A stretch of 64,000 nucleotides of DNA from an uncultured Clostridia bacterium (GTDB taxonomy: Bacteria > Bacillota > Limnochordia > Darwinibacteriales > DTU012). The stretch covers positions 42,744-106,743 of the forward strand of contig FIZJ01000003.1 in the NCBI GenBank assembly GCA_900019385.1. The letters run 5' to 3'. Every line of letters begins with the position of its first letter. Positions within the stretch are counted from its first letter, which is position 1. The position numbers and the translations under genes were made by a program. The notes beneath the pieces are model-generated. The model worked only from the letters and a program-made list of their open reading frames with translations, ran no database searches and was not told the DNA's origin. Positions 55,921 through 64,000 of this stretch are shown piece by piece.

Positions 55921-56937
55921 ATGGTTATCGTGATGAAACAAAACACACCTGTTGACGAACTGGAGCAGCTCAAAGCCCGCTTAAGGCAGATGGGTTTCGA
56001 CATCCACTTGTCTCAGGGTGAGAACCACACTGTTATAGGCCTTATCGGCGATTCAACCAGGATCGATGAAAGCCAGCTTCAAGCCAATCCTTTCGTGGAC
56101 CGCATTCTCCGCGTCCAGCACCCATTCAAGCGGGCCAGCCGCATGTTTCATCCTGAGGACACTGTTATCGATCTTGACGGGCTAAAACTGGGTGGAGGCA
56201 ATACTTTGATCATCGCCGGGCCGTGTTCGGTTGAAAGCGAAGAGCAGCTGATGACCATCGCTCAGCAGGTTAAGGCTGCAGGCGCCCACCTGCTCCGGGG
56301 TGGTGCCTTTAAGCCAAGAACTTCCCCCTACAGTTTCCAAGGCCTAGGCCTGGAGGGCCTGGAACTCCTGCGCCGGGCGAAAGAACTCACGGGCATGCCG
56401 ATTGTCACCGAGTGCATTTCCGTGGACACAGTTGATCTTGTCGCCGAGTATGCCGACGTGGTTCAGATCGGCGCCCGCAACATGCAGAACTTCGCCTTGC
56501 TGAAAAAGGTGGGCCAGATCGATCGCGCGGTACTGCTCAAACGAGGGATGTCGGCCACTATCGAGGAATTCCTCATGGCGGCTGAATACATCCTGGCTGA
56601 AGGGAACGAGCGGGTCATTTTGTGCGAGCGAGGGATCCGCACCTACGAGACTTATACACGCAACACGTTGGATATCAGTGCCATTGTCGCCATCAAAGAA
56701 CTTTCCCACCTGCCTATCATTTGTGATCCCAGCCACGCGGCAGGAAAATGGGAAATGGTCACTCCCCTTGCCAAAGCGGCGATTGCCGCCGGCGCCGACG
56801 GTCTGATGGTCGAAGTCCACCATCGACCGGAAATCGCTCTGTCCGACGGCAGCCAATCACTCAAACCCGAGAGGTTCCACCGCTTGGTCGCGGCTGTCAA
56901 TCAGATCATCGGCCTTAACAAAAGCATGGTCCATTGA
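55921..56937 (+). CDS. aroF: type Iβ 3-deoxy-7-phosphoheptulonate (DAHP) synthase with N-terminal ferredoxin-like regulatory domain
   Basis: ...LIIAGPCSVES..., ...GARNMQNF..., ...CDPSHA... (Iβ family); AGGGGG RBS. Confidence 0.9.
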   Translation: MVIVMKQNTPVDELEQLKARLRQMGFDIHLSQGENHTVIGLIGDSTRIDESQLQANPFVDRILRVQHPFKRASRMFHPEDTVIDLDGLKLGGGNTLIIAGPCSVESEEQLMTIAQQVKAAGAHLLRGGAFKPRTSPYSFQGLGLEGLELLRRAKELTGMPIVTECISVDTVDLVAEYADVVQIGARNMQNFALLKKVGQIDRAVLLKRGMSATIEEFLMAAEYILAEGNERVILCERGIRTYETYTRNTLDISAIVAIKELSHLPIICDPSHAAGKWEMVTPLAKAAIAAGADGLMVEVHHRPEIALSDGSQSLKPERFHRLVAAVNQIIGLNKSMVH

Positions 56938-56942
56938 ACATG

Positions 56943-56978
56943 AAAAGTCCCTGAGCCGAGCTCAGGGACTTGTTTTAT
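56943..56978. terminator. bidirectional terminator (GTCCCTGAGC cga GCTCAGGGAC + UUGUUUUAU)
   Basis: Perfect 10-bp stem between convergent genes. Confidence 0.85.
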
Positions 56979-58135
56979 CGGTATGAGCCAAAGGAGTTGT
57001 TGCGGCTGCCGGGTGTCGGAAGCGGCAGATACCAAAGCTCCCAATTCCCGTCAGGCAGGCGGCCGTAGGCAACATCACGGGCGATAGGCACAGCAGGCAG
57101 AAAATCCACCATTTCTCCGCTTGGGTCAGATAGAATGATCGGCTCCCCGGCTGCATTGATGCTGAAATTGGTGTGCAGTTCGTCCAAGGTGGATGTGTCT
57201 TTGCCCGAAGCGAAGACAAGAAAGTAACCTTTGGCCTCGATCACTGTCCCTTGAGGGAACTGCCACTTCATAGGCTCTGATTCATTGTCGCTCAAATAAT
57301 ATCCTGACAGATCCACCAGGTGGGAATGGGGGTTGTAGATCTCAATCCAATCAGGGCTGTCGCCCTGCCGATCCCTAAGCACTCCCCCATTGGAAGACAT
57401 CACTTCGTTGATGTACACCAGCCGCTCCCGGACAGTGGGAAGGTTGTAAGGCTCCCTGATTGACACCCGGTCCCAATACGGCCTGACTCCGGCATAGTCA
57501 TCACGGTGCGGATCGGCGTACAGAGGGTTGTCCCTGATATCCACTTCTGCTTCGATCCTAAGCTGCGGAACATCCTGCAGCGCTCCCTGTTCCATCAGTT
57601 CTCCCAGCACTGTCAGATCCGTCACCCCGGTGTTTCGGATGTTCAACCGCCTCAGCTGTGTCAACCCCCGCAGTACGGTAATCTGATCCCCAACCGGCAC
57701 ATTGCGCATGATCAGTGTTTCCAGATTGACGAAATTGGCAAGCACTGAAATATCTGTCACCGGAGTCGAATGCAGATTTAGGTAACGCAGCCCTGTCAGA
57801 TTCCTAATCGGGTTCAAATCGGCCACCGCTGTTTCCCTTAAGTTCAGGCTCTGAAGCTTGGTCAAGCCCTCAAGCGGTGTCAAGTCCCTAACAGGATTGC
57901 CTCTTAAGTCAAGAGACTCTAGATTTGTCAGCTGCTCAAGGCCGGACAATGATGTAACGCCAAGATAGCTCAAATCCAAACTGGTAATCCTGGAAAGATC
58001 CTCGCCCGCCCGGATTCTGGCCAGTTCCAACTTTACCGCCATCTCCAGCACGGGATCGGCAAATGCCAGGCACACACCGCAAAAGCAAGCTGCGGCTAAC
58101 AACAAAGCAATGATCATGACTGCTGTTTTCTTCAC
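56975..58135 (-). CDS. secreted leucine-rich-repeat protein with C-terminal lamin-tail domain (LTD)
   Basis: Signal/lipobox-like N-terminus; ~7 LRRs (LxxLxxLxLxxNxIxDLxPL); C-terminal ...SPDWIEIYNP...GYYLSDN...GYFLVFASGK LTD signature. Confidence 0.75.
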   Translation of the reverse strand: MKKTAVMIIALLLAAACFCGVCLAFADPVLEMAVKLELARIRAGEDLSRITSLDLSYLGVTSLSGLEQLTNLESLDLRGNPVRDLTPLEGLTKLQSLNLRETAVADLNPIRNLTGLRYLNLHSTPVTDISVLANFVNLETLIMRNVPVGDQITVLRGLTQLRRLNIRNTGVTDLTVLGELMEQGALQDVPQLRIEAEVDIRDNPLYADPHRDDYAGVRPYWDRVSIREPYNLPTVRERLVYINEVMSSNGGVLRDRQGDSPDWIEIYNPHSHLVDLSGYYLSDNESEPMKWQFPQGTVIEAKGYFLVFASGKDTSTLDELHTNFSINAAGEPIILSDPSGEMVDFLPAVPIARDVAYGRLPDGNWELWYLPLPTPGSRNNSFGSYR

Positions 58136-58150
58136 AGTGACTCCTCCTCG

Positions 58151-58939
58151 TCAGACTCTATGCATTGGTGCTGATCCTAACTTATCCAAGCCAATCTTCC
58201 CGCCAGCAAGCGCACCAACAGGCATGCGCAGCAATCCAGCACAGCCTGCCGCCACGTCAGGCCTGCTTAAGGCTATGCTCTGCACGTACTTGCTGTTCGC
58301 CACCCATTTAAGCCCATGCTCCCTGACACATTGGCTGAGCCAGCGCGGTTGTTTACCGCTGCACTTGATCTCCAACAGCGCTCCCTTGCCGTAGTGGACT
58401 CTAAAAGACGGTGCTCTGGGGAACAGTTCGGCAGCTGCGGCGCTGCGGATCTCCCGGTCAATCGTAATCCGCAGATTGGCCGCATGGCTTGACCGCAGCC
58501 CTTCCCGCTCATACTCGATAATCACTTTCGGTTTGAGGGCAAGCAGGTGCAGCAGACGCTCAAACTCGATCAAAACCGGGCTGTCGTTGGCAGGGAAATG
58601 CCTGGTTTCCATAAACGTGCAGTACCAGTCATAGGAGATAAAGGCACTGTACTTTACCGACAAGTCGCCGGACTTAGTCTTAAGCTCCACCGAAAGGGGA
58701 TCGGCGGGAATCGGGCTGTACGACCGGATCCGCAGTTTGACGCGGTTGAGGAACCCGTCTCGGTTTTCATAGAAACTATGGTAATCGTCCGTGTCAAAGT
58801 ACAGGCTGCGGACAAAATAAGGCTGTTCTTTGGAGTAATAGTCCCGGTCGAGGCCGCTGGCCAGAATCTGGCTTCGCACTTGATACACCTGCGGTGTCTC
58901 CAGCCTGTATTTGTGTTCATACCTTTGCGTTATACGCAC
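58151..58939 (-). CDS. VTC-domain (CYTH-like triphosphate tunnel) protein
   Basis: ...EHKYRL...SLYFDT...RVKLRIRSY...LEIK pattern of the VTC domain. Confidence 0.75.
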   Translation of the reverse strand: MRITQRYEHKYRLETPQVYQVRSQILASGLDRDYYSKEQPYFVRSLYFDTDDYHSFYENRDGFLNRVKLRIRSYSPIPADPLSVELKTKSGDLSVKYSAFISYDWYCTFMETRHFPANDSPVLIEFERLLHLLALKPKVIIEYEREGLRSSHAANLRITIDREIRSAAAAELFPRAPSFRVHYGKGALLEIKCSGKQPRWLSQCVREHGLKWVANSKYVQSIALSRPDVAAGCAGLLRMPVGALAGGKIGLDKLGSAPMHRV

Positions 58940-58965
58940 GAACCCTCATCCTTTGGTATGTATTG

Positions 58966-59646
58966 CTAAAGCGGCAGTACCAGCTGAGGCGCCAGAATCG
59001 ACACGGAGGTCAACTGATCAAGCTCGCCGGCAGCGCTTGCCAGGCGGTCGATCACTTCCGGGCTGGCTTTGGCCAATTTCAACTCGATGATGCGTTCCCA
59101 CTCTTCTCCCTTCACTTCATGGGATCGCAGGTAGGCCTCGATTCCAAACCCAGCGATCAACTGATCCATTTCGGCAGCAGGATAAGGGCCGCTGCCTTTG
59201 ACAATCAGGACATATTCCGCCTTCTTGGGGATGCCGTAATTGGCCAGATGCATGATAACAAACATCACGGCGATCATCACACTGGCAATGATCACGATCC
59301 CAAGATTGTTGGTGCCTGCCCCCAGGCCTGCTGTAATCGACCAAAACAAAAACACCATGTCCCGGGAATCCTTGATGGGGGTGCGGAACCGAATGATGGA
59401 AAGGGACCCCACCAGCCCCAGCGACAGCACCAGATTGCCTTGAATGAAAAACATCACGCAGGCGACTACCGGCGCGATTGCCACCAAGGTGGAGACAAAA
59501 GCCGCTTCATAGCTCAGCCCGCGATGCGTGTACTTGTACACAAAAGCAATGCCCAAGCCAAGCATGATCGACAGCAGCACACCGATTACGAACCTGCTCA
59601 GCAGATCAGGCGAAACCGTGATCAGTTCCATAAATGCCTGCCACAT
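58966..59646 (-). CDS. DUF4956-like membrane protein
   Basis: 4-5 TM plus soluble C-terminal domain; canonical partner of VTC-domain genes. Confidence 0.65.
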   Translation of the reverse strand: MWQAFMELITVSPDLLSRFVIGVLLSIMLGLGIAFVYKYTHRGLSYEAAFVSTLVAIAPVVACVMFFIQGNLVLSLGLVGSLSIIRFRTPIKDSRDMVFLFWSITAGLGAGTNNLGIVIIASVMIAVMFVIMHLANYGIPKKAEYVLIVKGSGPYPAAEMDQLIAGFGIEAYLRSHEVKGEEWERIIELKLAKASPEVIDRLASAAGELDQLTSVSILAPQLVLPL

Positions 59647-59710
59647 TTAAATACCACCTCTTATGATTGTTCACTGGTATACTTCGTGTAAAGATGCAAA
59701 ATTCCTTGTC

Positions 59711-59742
59711 ATAAGAAAAGCCCTGCCTCGCGACAGGGCTTA
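59711..59742 (-). terminator. terminator after solute-binding-protein paralog 1
   Basis: AGCCCUGucgcgaggCAGGGCUUUUCUUAU. Confidence 0.6.
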
Positions 59743-59758
59743 TCTTCAACGCTCTTTT

Positions 59759-61069
59759 TTATTGGGCGAAAAGATCATCCAAGAATGCCTGCGCCTGCTG
59801 GGCAATCTCGTCGGTTGCCTGGGCGGCACCCTTTTCGTTGTTGATGATCTGGTTGACTGCTTCATCAGTGATATCCCACAATCCGGACCATTGGAAGATG
59901 TCTCCCTCGCCTCTCCAGTTCTCGGCGCAGGCGATGTAGACTTCCATATGCTCTCTGCTTCTCATGTAACTGTTGATATAGAAGTCGAGGTATGCATCGC
60001 CATCGCCCTCTCTGAACAGGAAATCGGCCAAAGCGATCAGCTTCTCAGGCTCGGCTGCGTTCACCGGCAGGAAGTTGGCTGCAAAGTCGAATGTGGGCTG
60101 CTGATTGGTTTCAACGTGCGGCCCCTTGGCCTGCGGCACATAGCCAACGTTCACACCAGCGTTGATCGCATGGCGCGCACCGGCCAAGTGAGTGTGCGGC
60201 ACGATGGCCACTTTGCCGGTCAAGAAATCGCCGTTGCCCATGATCTTCAGCTCATTGCGCCAGCGGTTGACCATGTTGAGAGCATAGACTGCGTTGGCGT
60301 CATTGAGTGTGTAGATCCACTTGCCTTCCTCATTCTGCTTGGCAAGTTCGGCCCCGTTGGACGGCAGGAAGCGGTAAACTGCCGCCGGGTTGGGCAAATC
60401 GCCGATGCCCCATTGATCGATTACACCGTCACCGTCAGTATCCTGGGTCAAAGCGATTCCATATTCCTCGAGAGCGTCGTAAGTCCAGCGCCCTTCTTGC
60501 CAAAGGACATACGGATCTTCCAGGCCTGCTGCTTCAATCAGGTCTTTGTTGTACATGGTGATCATCATGGAACCATTGAAGGTGTCATAAGTCACACCAA
60601 AACCGTACAGCTTGCCGCGGAATTGCAGCTTTTCAATGGAATAACGGTCGGCTGTCGGCAGAGACTCGAAGTACTCCGGCGGCAGAATGTCGCTGACGGG
60701 ATACAGCATACCCTGGGTCACCAGTGGGAAGTACCCGCCGCGGTGCTCGAAGCGGAGGATATCATATGTTGAGTCGCCCGCCAGAATCCTGGCGATCATA
60801 GCGTTGGCGCCGCCAGTGGCACCTACCTCGATTTTGCAGTTGAAGAGCGCCTCTGCTTCAGCGATTCTTTCTTCCAGCGGTTTGCCGCCGTTGTACACTA
60901 CCCAGTTGAGATCCCCAACGAGGATGTTGACGGTCTTGCCGCCGAAATCAACCTGATCCGGGCTGAGCACGCCTGGGCGGGGAGTGTACGCCAAACCGCT
61001 GCTGCCGAGAACAGCGAACAGGCTTGCTATCACCGAAAACAACACAATTGCCTTCAGTTTTCTGTTCAT
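59759..61069 (-). CDS. extracellular solute-binding protein family 1 (sugar-type), paralog 1, no lipobox
   Basis: Family-1 solute-binding fold; shared N-terminal YTPRPGVLSPDQVDFGGKTV motif; DTDGDGVIDQ Ca-like loop. Confidence 0.88.
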   Translation of the reverse strand: MNRKLKAIVLFSVIASLFAVLGSSGLAYTPRPGVLSPDQVDFGGKTVNILVGDLNWVVYNGGKPLEERIAEAEALFNCKIEVGATGGANAMIARILAGDSTYDILRFEHRGGYFPLVTQGMLYPVSDILPPEYFESLPTADRYSIEKLQFRGKLYGFGVTYDTFNGSMMITMYNKDLIEAAGLEDPYVLWQEGRWTYDALEEYGIALTQDTDGDGVIDQWGIGDLPNPAAVYRFLPSNGAELAKQNEEGKWIYTLNDANAVYALNMVNRWRNELKIMGNGDFLTGKVAIVPHTHLAGARHAINAGVNVGYVPQAKGPHVETNQQPTFDFAANFLPVNAAEPEKLIALADFLFREGDGDAYLDFYINSYMRSREHMEVYIACAENWRGEGDIFQWSGLWDITDEAVNQIINNEKGAAQATDEIAQQAQAFLDDLFAQ

Positions 61070-61232
61070 GTACTCTCCTCCTTGTTTTGTTTAACTACAA
61101 CAACGGAAAATGGTTGGCTGATCCACCTCCCCCTTTTGAGATTTATTAATAAACATAATTCTCTATTCTCACATGATACATATTATTTGCGGTTTTACGC
61201 ACATTTCCTTCTGGCGGCACACAATTAGCGCT

Positions 61233-62540
61233 TCACTGCTTGAACAAGTCGTCCAACAAGGCTTGAATCGCCGGCGCTATTTCATCCATCGCTTGAGCGG
61301 CACCTTTGGTTCCCTGAATCACCGAGTGAATCGCTGCCTGAGCTTGTGACCAGAACATATCCTGGAATGGGTCGCCTTCGCCCTGCCAGTTTTCAATACC
61401 CGCTTCATAGACACGGAAGTGCTTTTCATCCTTCATATAAGCGTTGATGTAATACTCCAGATAATCGTAACCGTCTTCTTCCCTGAACAGGAACTCGGTC
61501 AGAGCAATCAATCCTTCCGGATACGCGCTGTTCACAGGCAGCATGTTCATGGCGAAGTCAAAGACGGGATAACGGTATACTCCTGGAACCGAACTAGGAA
61601 TCGGCACCATGCCCCAGTTGATTGTATAGTTGCGGGCACCGGCCAAATGATTGTGGGTATTGAACAAAGCTGTGCCGCCGTTGAGACTGCCCCCTGCCAC
61701 CTTGAGGTCATAACGCCACTTGGCGATTATAGACAGGATCTCCAACGCTTCCGGCTGATCATAAGCAAAGACCCATTTTCCGTCACTGTCCGGTTTGGCC
61801 AGTTCGGCCCCGTTGGCGCCTGCGATCCGGAAAACGCGGTTGCTGTGGCTGATGCTTCCCTCTTCAATCCCGAACTGATCTGGCACCCCGTCCCCCGTAA
61901 GATCCCTGGTGGCCGCCATGGCCAGCTCGGTCATGGCATCAAGGCTCCATTCTCCGGCCAGGTACAGATCATATGGATCCGGCAGGCCTTCCCGCTCAAT
62001 GATGTCCCGATTATAGAAAGTGAACATCATGGTGGAGTTGAACAGTCCGTAGACAATGCCGAAGCCGTAAAACTTGTTCTGATACTGCAGCTTCTCGATG
62101 CAGAACCGATCAGCGTTGGGCAATGTTTCATAATACTCTGCCGGCAGGATGTCGCTGATCGGCAGCAGCATGTTCGCTGAAACCAATGAATAATAGCCAT
62201 AACGGTGCGGCATGCGGATGATATCCAGCGTCGAATCCCCCGCCAGAATTCTTGCGGTTATGGTATCAGCGACACCGGATGTGCCCAGGCTTTGCGTGGC
62301 AATTTTGACATTGAACAGTGCCTCTGCCTCAGCTATGCGGTCCTCGCTGGGAAACCCGCCGTTAGGCCCGGTATATCCCAAGTCGCCAACCAAAATCGTG
62401 ACTGTCTTGCCCCCAAAATCCACCTGTTCCGGGCTGAGCACCCCAGGGCGGGGAGTGTAATCCTGGGCAAGGGCGGTTTGAACGAACAACAAAGATACAG
62501 CCAACGTCAACAAAAACAAACGCTTTAGATTCACGGTCAA
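61233..62540 (-). CDS. extracellular solute-binding protein family 1, paralog 2
   Basis: ~50% identical to paralog 1; signal ...VQTALAQD. Confidence 0.88.
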   Translation of the reverse strand: MTVNLKRLFLLTLAVSLLFVQTALAQDYTPRPGVLSPEQVDFGGKTVTILVGDLGYTGPNGGFPSEDRIAEAEALFNVKIATQSLGTSGVADTITARILAGDSTLDIIRMPHRYGYYSLVSANMLLPISDILPAEYYETLPNADRFCIEKLQYQNKFYGFGIVYGLFNSTMMFTFYNRDIIEREGLPDPYDLYLAGEWSLDAMTELAMAATRDLTGDGVPDQFGIEEGSISHSNRVFRIAGANGAELAKPDSDGKWVFAYDQPEALEILSIIAKWRYDLKVAGGSLNGGTALFNTHNHLAGARNYTINWGMVPIPSSVPGVYRYPVFDFAMNMLPVNSAYPEGLIALTEFLFREEDGYDYLEYYINAYMKDEKHFRVYEAGIENWQGEGDPFQDMFWSQAQAAIHSVIQGTKGAAQAMDEIAPAIQALLDDLFKQ

Positions 62541-62562
62541 TCTCTCCCTGTGGATTTATACT

Positions 62563-62597
62563 GAGAAAGCCAGTCCTATTACAGAACTGGCTTTCTC
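62563..62597. repeat. perfect 12-bp inverted repeat hairpin (GAGAAAGCCAGT ... ACTGGCTTTCTC) between solute-binding paralogs 3 and 2
   Basis: Read from the sequence; weak U-tract, likely a partial terminator/processing element. Confidence 0.6.
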
Positions 62598-62616
62598 CAG
62601 AACCATAATCAGGCGC

Positions 62617-63891
62617 TTATTGCTTGAACAGGTCATCCAGCTGGGCCTGGATTACGGTGGCTATCTCATCCATGGCCGCAGCCGCGCCTTTCTGGCCGCT
62701 GATCACTTGGGACAGCGGTGAGCTGATGTTATCCCAAATCGCGGTGTACTGGAACGGGTCACCTTCGCCGCGCCAGTTCTCCACAGCCTCCATGTACATC
62801 CTGAAGTGCTGCTCGTCGTTCATGTAGTCATTGATAAACTGATCCAAGGTAGCCTCCCTGAGACCCGGACGATACAAGAAGTTGGCCAGGGCGATCAGCC
62901 CCTCTGGATCTTCCGCGTTGACAGGCAGTGTCATCATCCAGAAAGAGAATGTCGGATAGTAATGGCGATCAGCATGCGGGCCTCTGGGCATGGGCACCAG
63001 GCCGTAGTTGATCCCTGCGGCTTTGGCATGGCGGATGCCAGCCAGATGGGTGTGAACGATGAAGCCCACTTTGCCGGCGTTGAAGTCTCCCGAGCCCATT
63101 ATGCCTTTCTCTCTCCAGCGAATGACAGTGTTGATGGCTTCGATGGCCGCTTCAGTATTGTAGGTGAAGACCCATTTGCCGTCGATTTGGGCGGCTGTTT
63201 CCACACCGTTGGAGTGGGCGAAACGAATGACATCCTCCCATCTGGAGATGTCGGTCATGCCTCTTTGATCGATGATGCCGTCGCCGTCGGTGTCCTGCGA
63301 AATGACAGTCGCCAGTTCCTCAAGCATATCATAGGTCCACTCACCAGCCAGGTACAGCTCCCACGGATCGGGTAAGCCGTACTGCTCGAGCAGATCCCTG
63401 TTGTAGCCTGTAATCATCATCGAGTCGTTGAACACATCATCATGAATACCAATGCCATAACGATTGCCTTGATACTTCAGCTTCTCGATGGTATACCGAT
63501 CTACATTGGGCAGCCATTCAAAGAATTCATCAGGCAGGAGATCGTCGACCGGCAGGAGCATCCCTGCGGAAACCAAAGCGAAATACCCTTCGCGATGGGG
63601 GGTCCGGAGAATGTCATACTTGGAGTCCCCAGCCATGATCCTGGCCATGATCTGATCGGCGCTTTCCAACCGCAGTGTTTCCAGTTCGACGTTGAACAGT
63701 TGCTTGGCGAGTTCCACACGCTCGTCATCAGCAGGCAGCGCACCGCGGATGATTGTCACTGTTTTTCCGCCAAAATCGACTTCATCCGGTGACTTGACTC
63801 CTGGCGGCACCTCATAATCGTCAGCGTAGGCCGCCGCCGCCATGATCAACACCAAGGCCACCGCAACCAGCATCACTCTCAGCCTTTTCAT
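62617..63891 (-). CDS. extracellular solute-binding protein family 1, paralog 3
   Basis: Same family; AGAGGAGG RBS; signal ...AAAAYADD. Confidence 0.88.
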   Translation of the reverse strand: MKRLRVMLVAVALVLIMAAAAYADDYEVPPGVKSPDEVDFGGKTVTIIRGALPADDERVELAKQLFNVELETLRLESADQIMARIMAGDSKYDILRTPHREGYFALVSAGMLLPVDDLLPDEFFEWLPNVDRYTIEKLKYQGNRYGIGIHDDVFNDSMMITGYNRDLLEQYGLPDPWELYLAGEWTYDMLEELATVISQDTDGDGIIDQRGMTDISRWEDVIRFAHSNGVETAAQIDGKWVFTYNTEAAIEAINTVIRWREKGIMGSGDFNAGKVGFIVHTHLAGIRHAKAAGINYGLVPMPRGPHADRHYYPTFSFWMMTLPVNAEDPEGLIALANFLYRPGLREATLDQFINDYMNDEQHFRMYMEAVENWRGEGDPFQYTAIWDNISSPLSQVISGQKGAAAAMDEIATVIQAQLDDLFKQ

Positions 63892-64000
63892 GATATTCCT
63901 CCTCTGTTGTTTTTAAGTATGACACGATATGATTACTGCGGGTAACGGATTAGAGCCTCTACCTATCACCCCCTCCGATGACCGGCAAGCCGCTTCCTCA

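Noticed and set aside
59663-60772. 369-aa +strand ORF
   Set aside because: Antisense to solute-binding-protein paralog 1, which has clear family-1 fold features.
1-64000. CRISPR arrays, tRNA/rRNA genes, transposases, integrases, prophage or toxin–antitoxin modules
   Set aside because: No direct-repeat arrays, no tRNA-like cloverleaf candidates and no recombinase-like ORFs were found; the window appears to be core chromosome rich in sporulation and housekeeping genes.

Overview
The window is a GC-rich (~58%) stretch of an endospore-forming Firmicute chromosome; the gene order and features look clostridial, though the genus cannot be determined. Almost all genes are on the minus strand and tightly packed. 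The main minus-strand run, read 3'→5' by coordinate, is asd–dpaB–dpaA (spoVF)–dapB; then ylmC/ymxH, a signal-peptide GH18 and two polysaccharide deacetylases, a DinG-family helicase, and a four-gene steA–steB–GT2–GT4 operon. This is followed by spo0A, spoIVB, recN, argR, nadK, tlyA, dxs, an OapA-like membrane protein, and a ~600-nt ORF-free structured region that I interpret as OLE RNA with its own strong σA promoter. The run continues with ispA, xseB, xseA, a micro-ORF, a divergent TsaD/Kae1 paralog, nusB, an AmaP-like protein, asp23, accC and accB, the complete spoIIIAH→AA operon, and an acidic zinc-ribbon protein. It ends with efp, Xaa-Pro aminopeptidase, aroQ, aroK, yqeH, yqeG and an intact pro-sigK. 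Downstream is a carbohydrate-uptake ABC locus: a 1018-aa solute-binding protein with two extra N-terminal β-sandwich-like domains, plus two permeases. After that come a patatin-like lipase, three tandem M42 (TET-like) aminopeptidases on the plus strand, and a compact minus-strand operon joining a LarA-family (lactate-racemase-like) enzyme, an SDR dehydrogenase, DUF4430 and an ECF S-component to a four-subunit Na+-pumping oxaloacetate-decarboxylase-type complex. The window ends with aroF (type Iβ DAHP synthase) under a perfect-consensus σA promoter, a DUF4956–VTC–LRR/lamin-tail-domain module, and three tandem paralogous orphan solute-binding proteins. No CRISPR arrays, tRNAs/rRNAs or transposases were seen. 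The most notable unexplained or under-described items are the LarA-like/decarboxylase operon, the OLE RNA locus, the TsaD paralog, the steAB–glycosyltransferase operon next to spo0A, and the lipobox-less solute-binding proteins.
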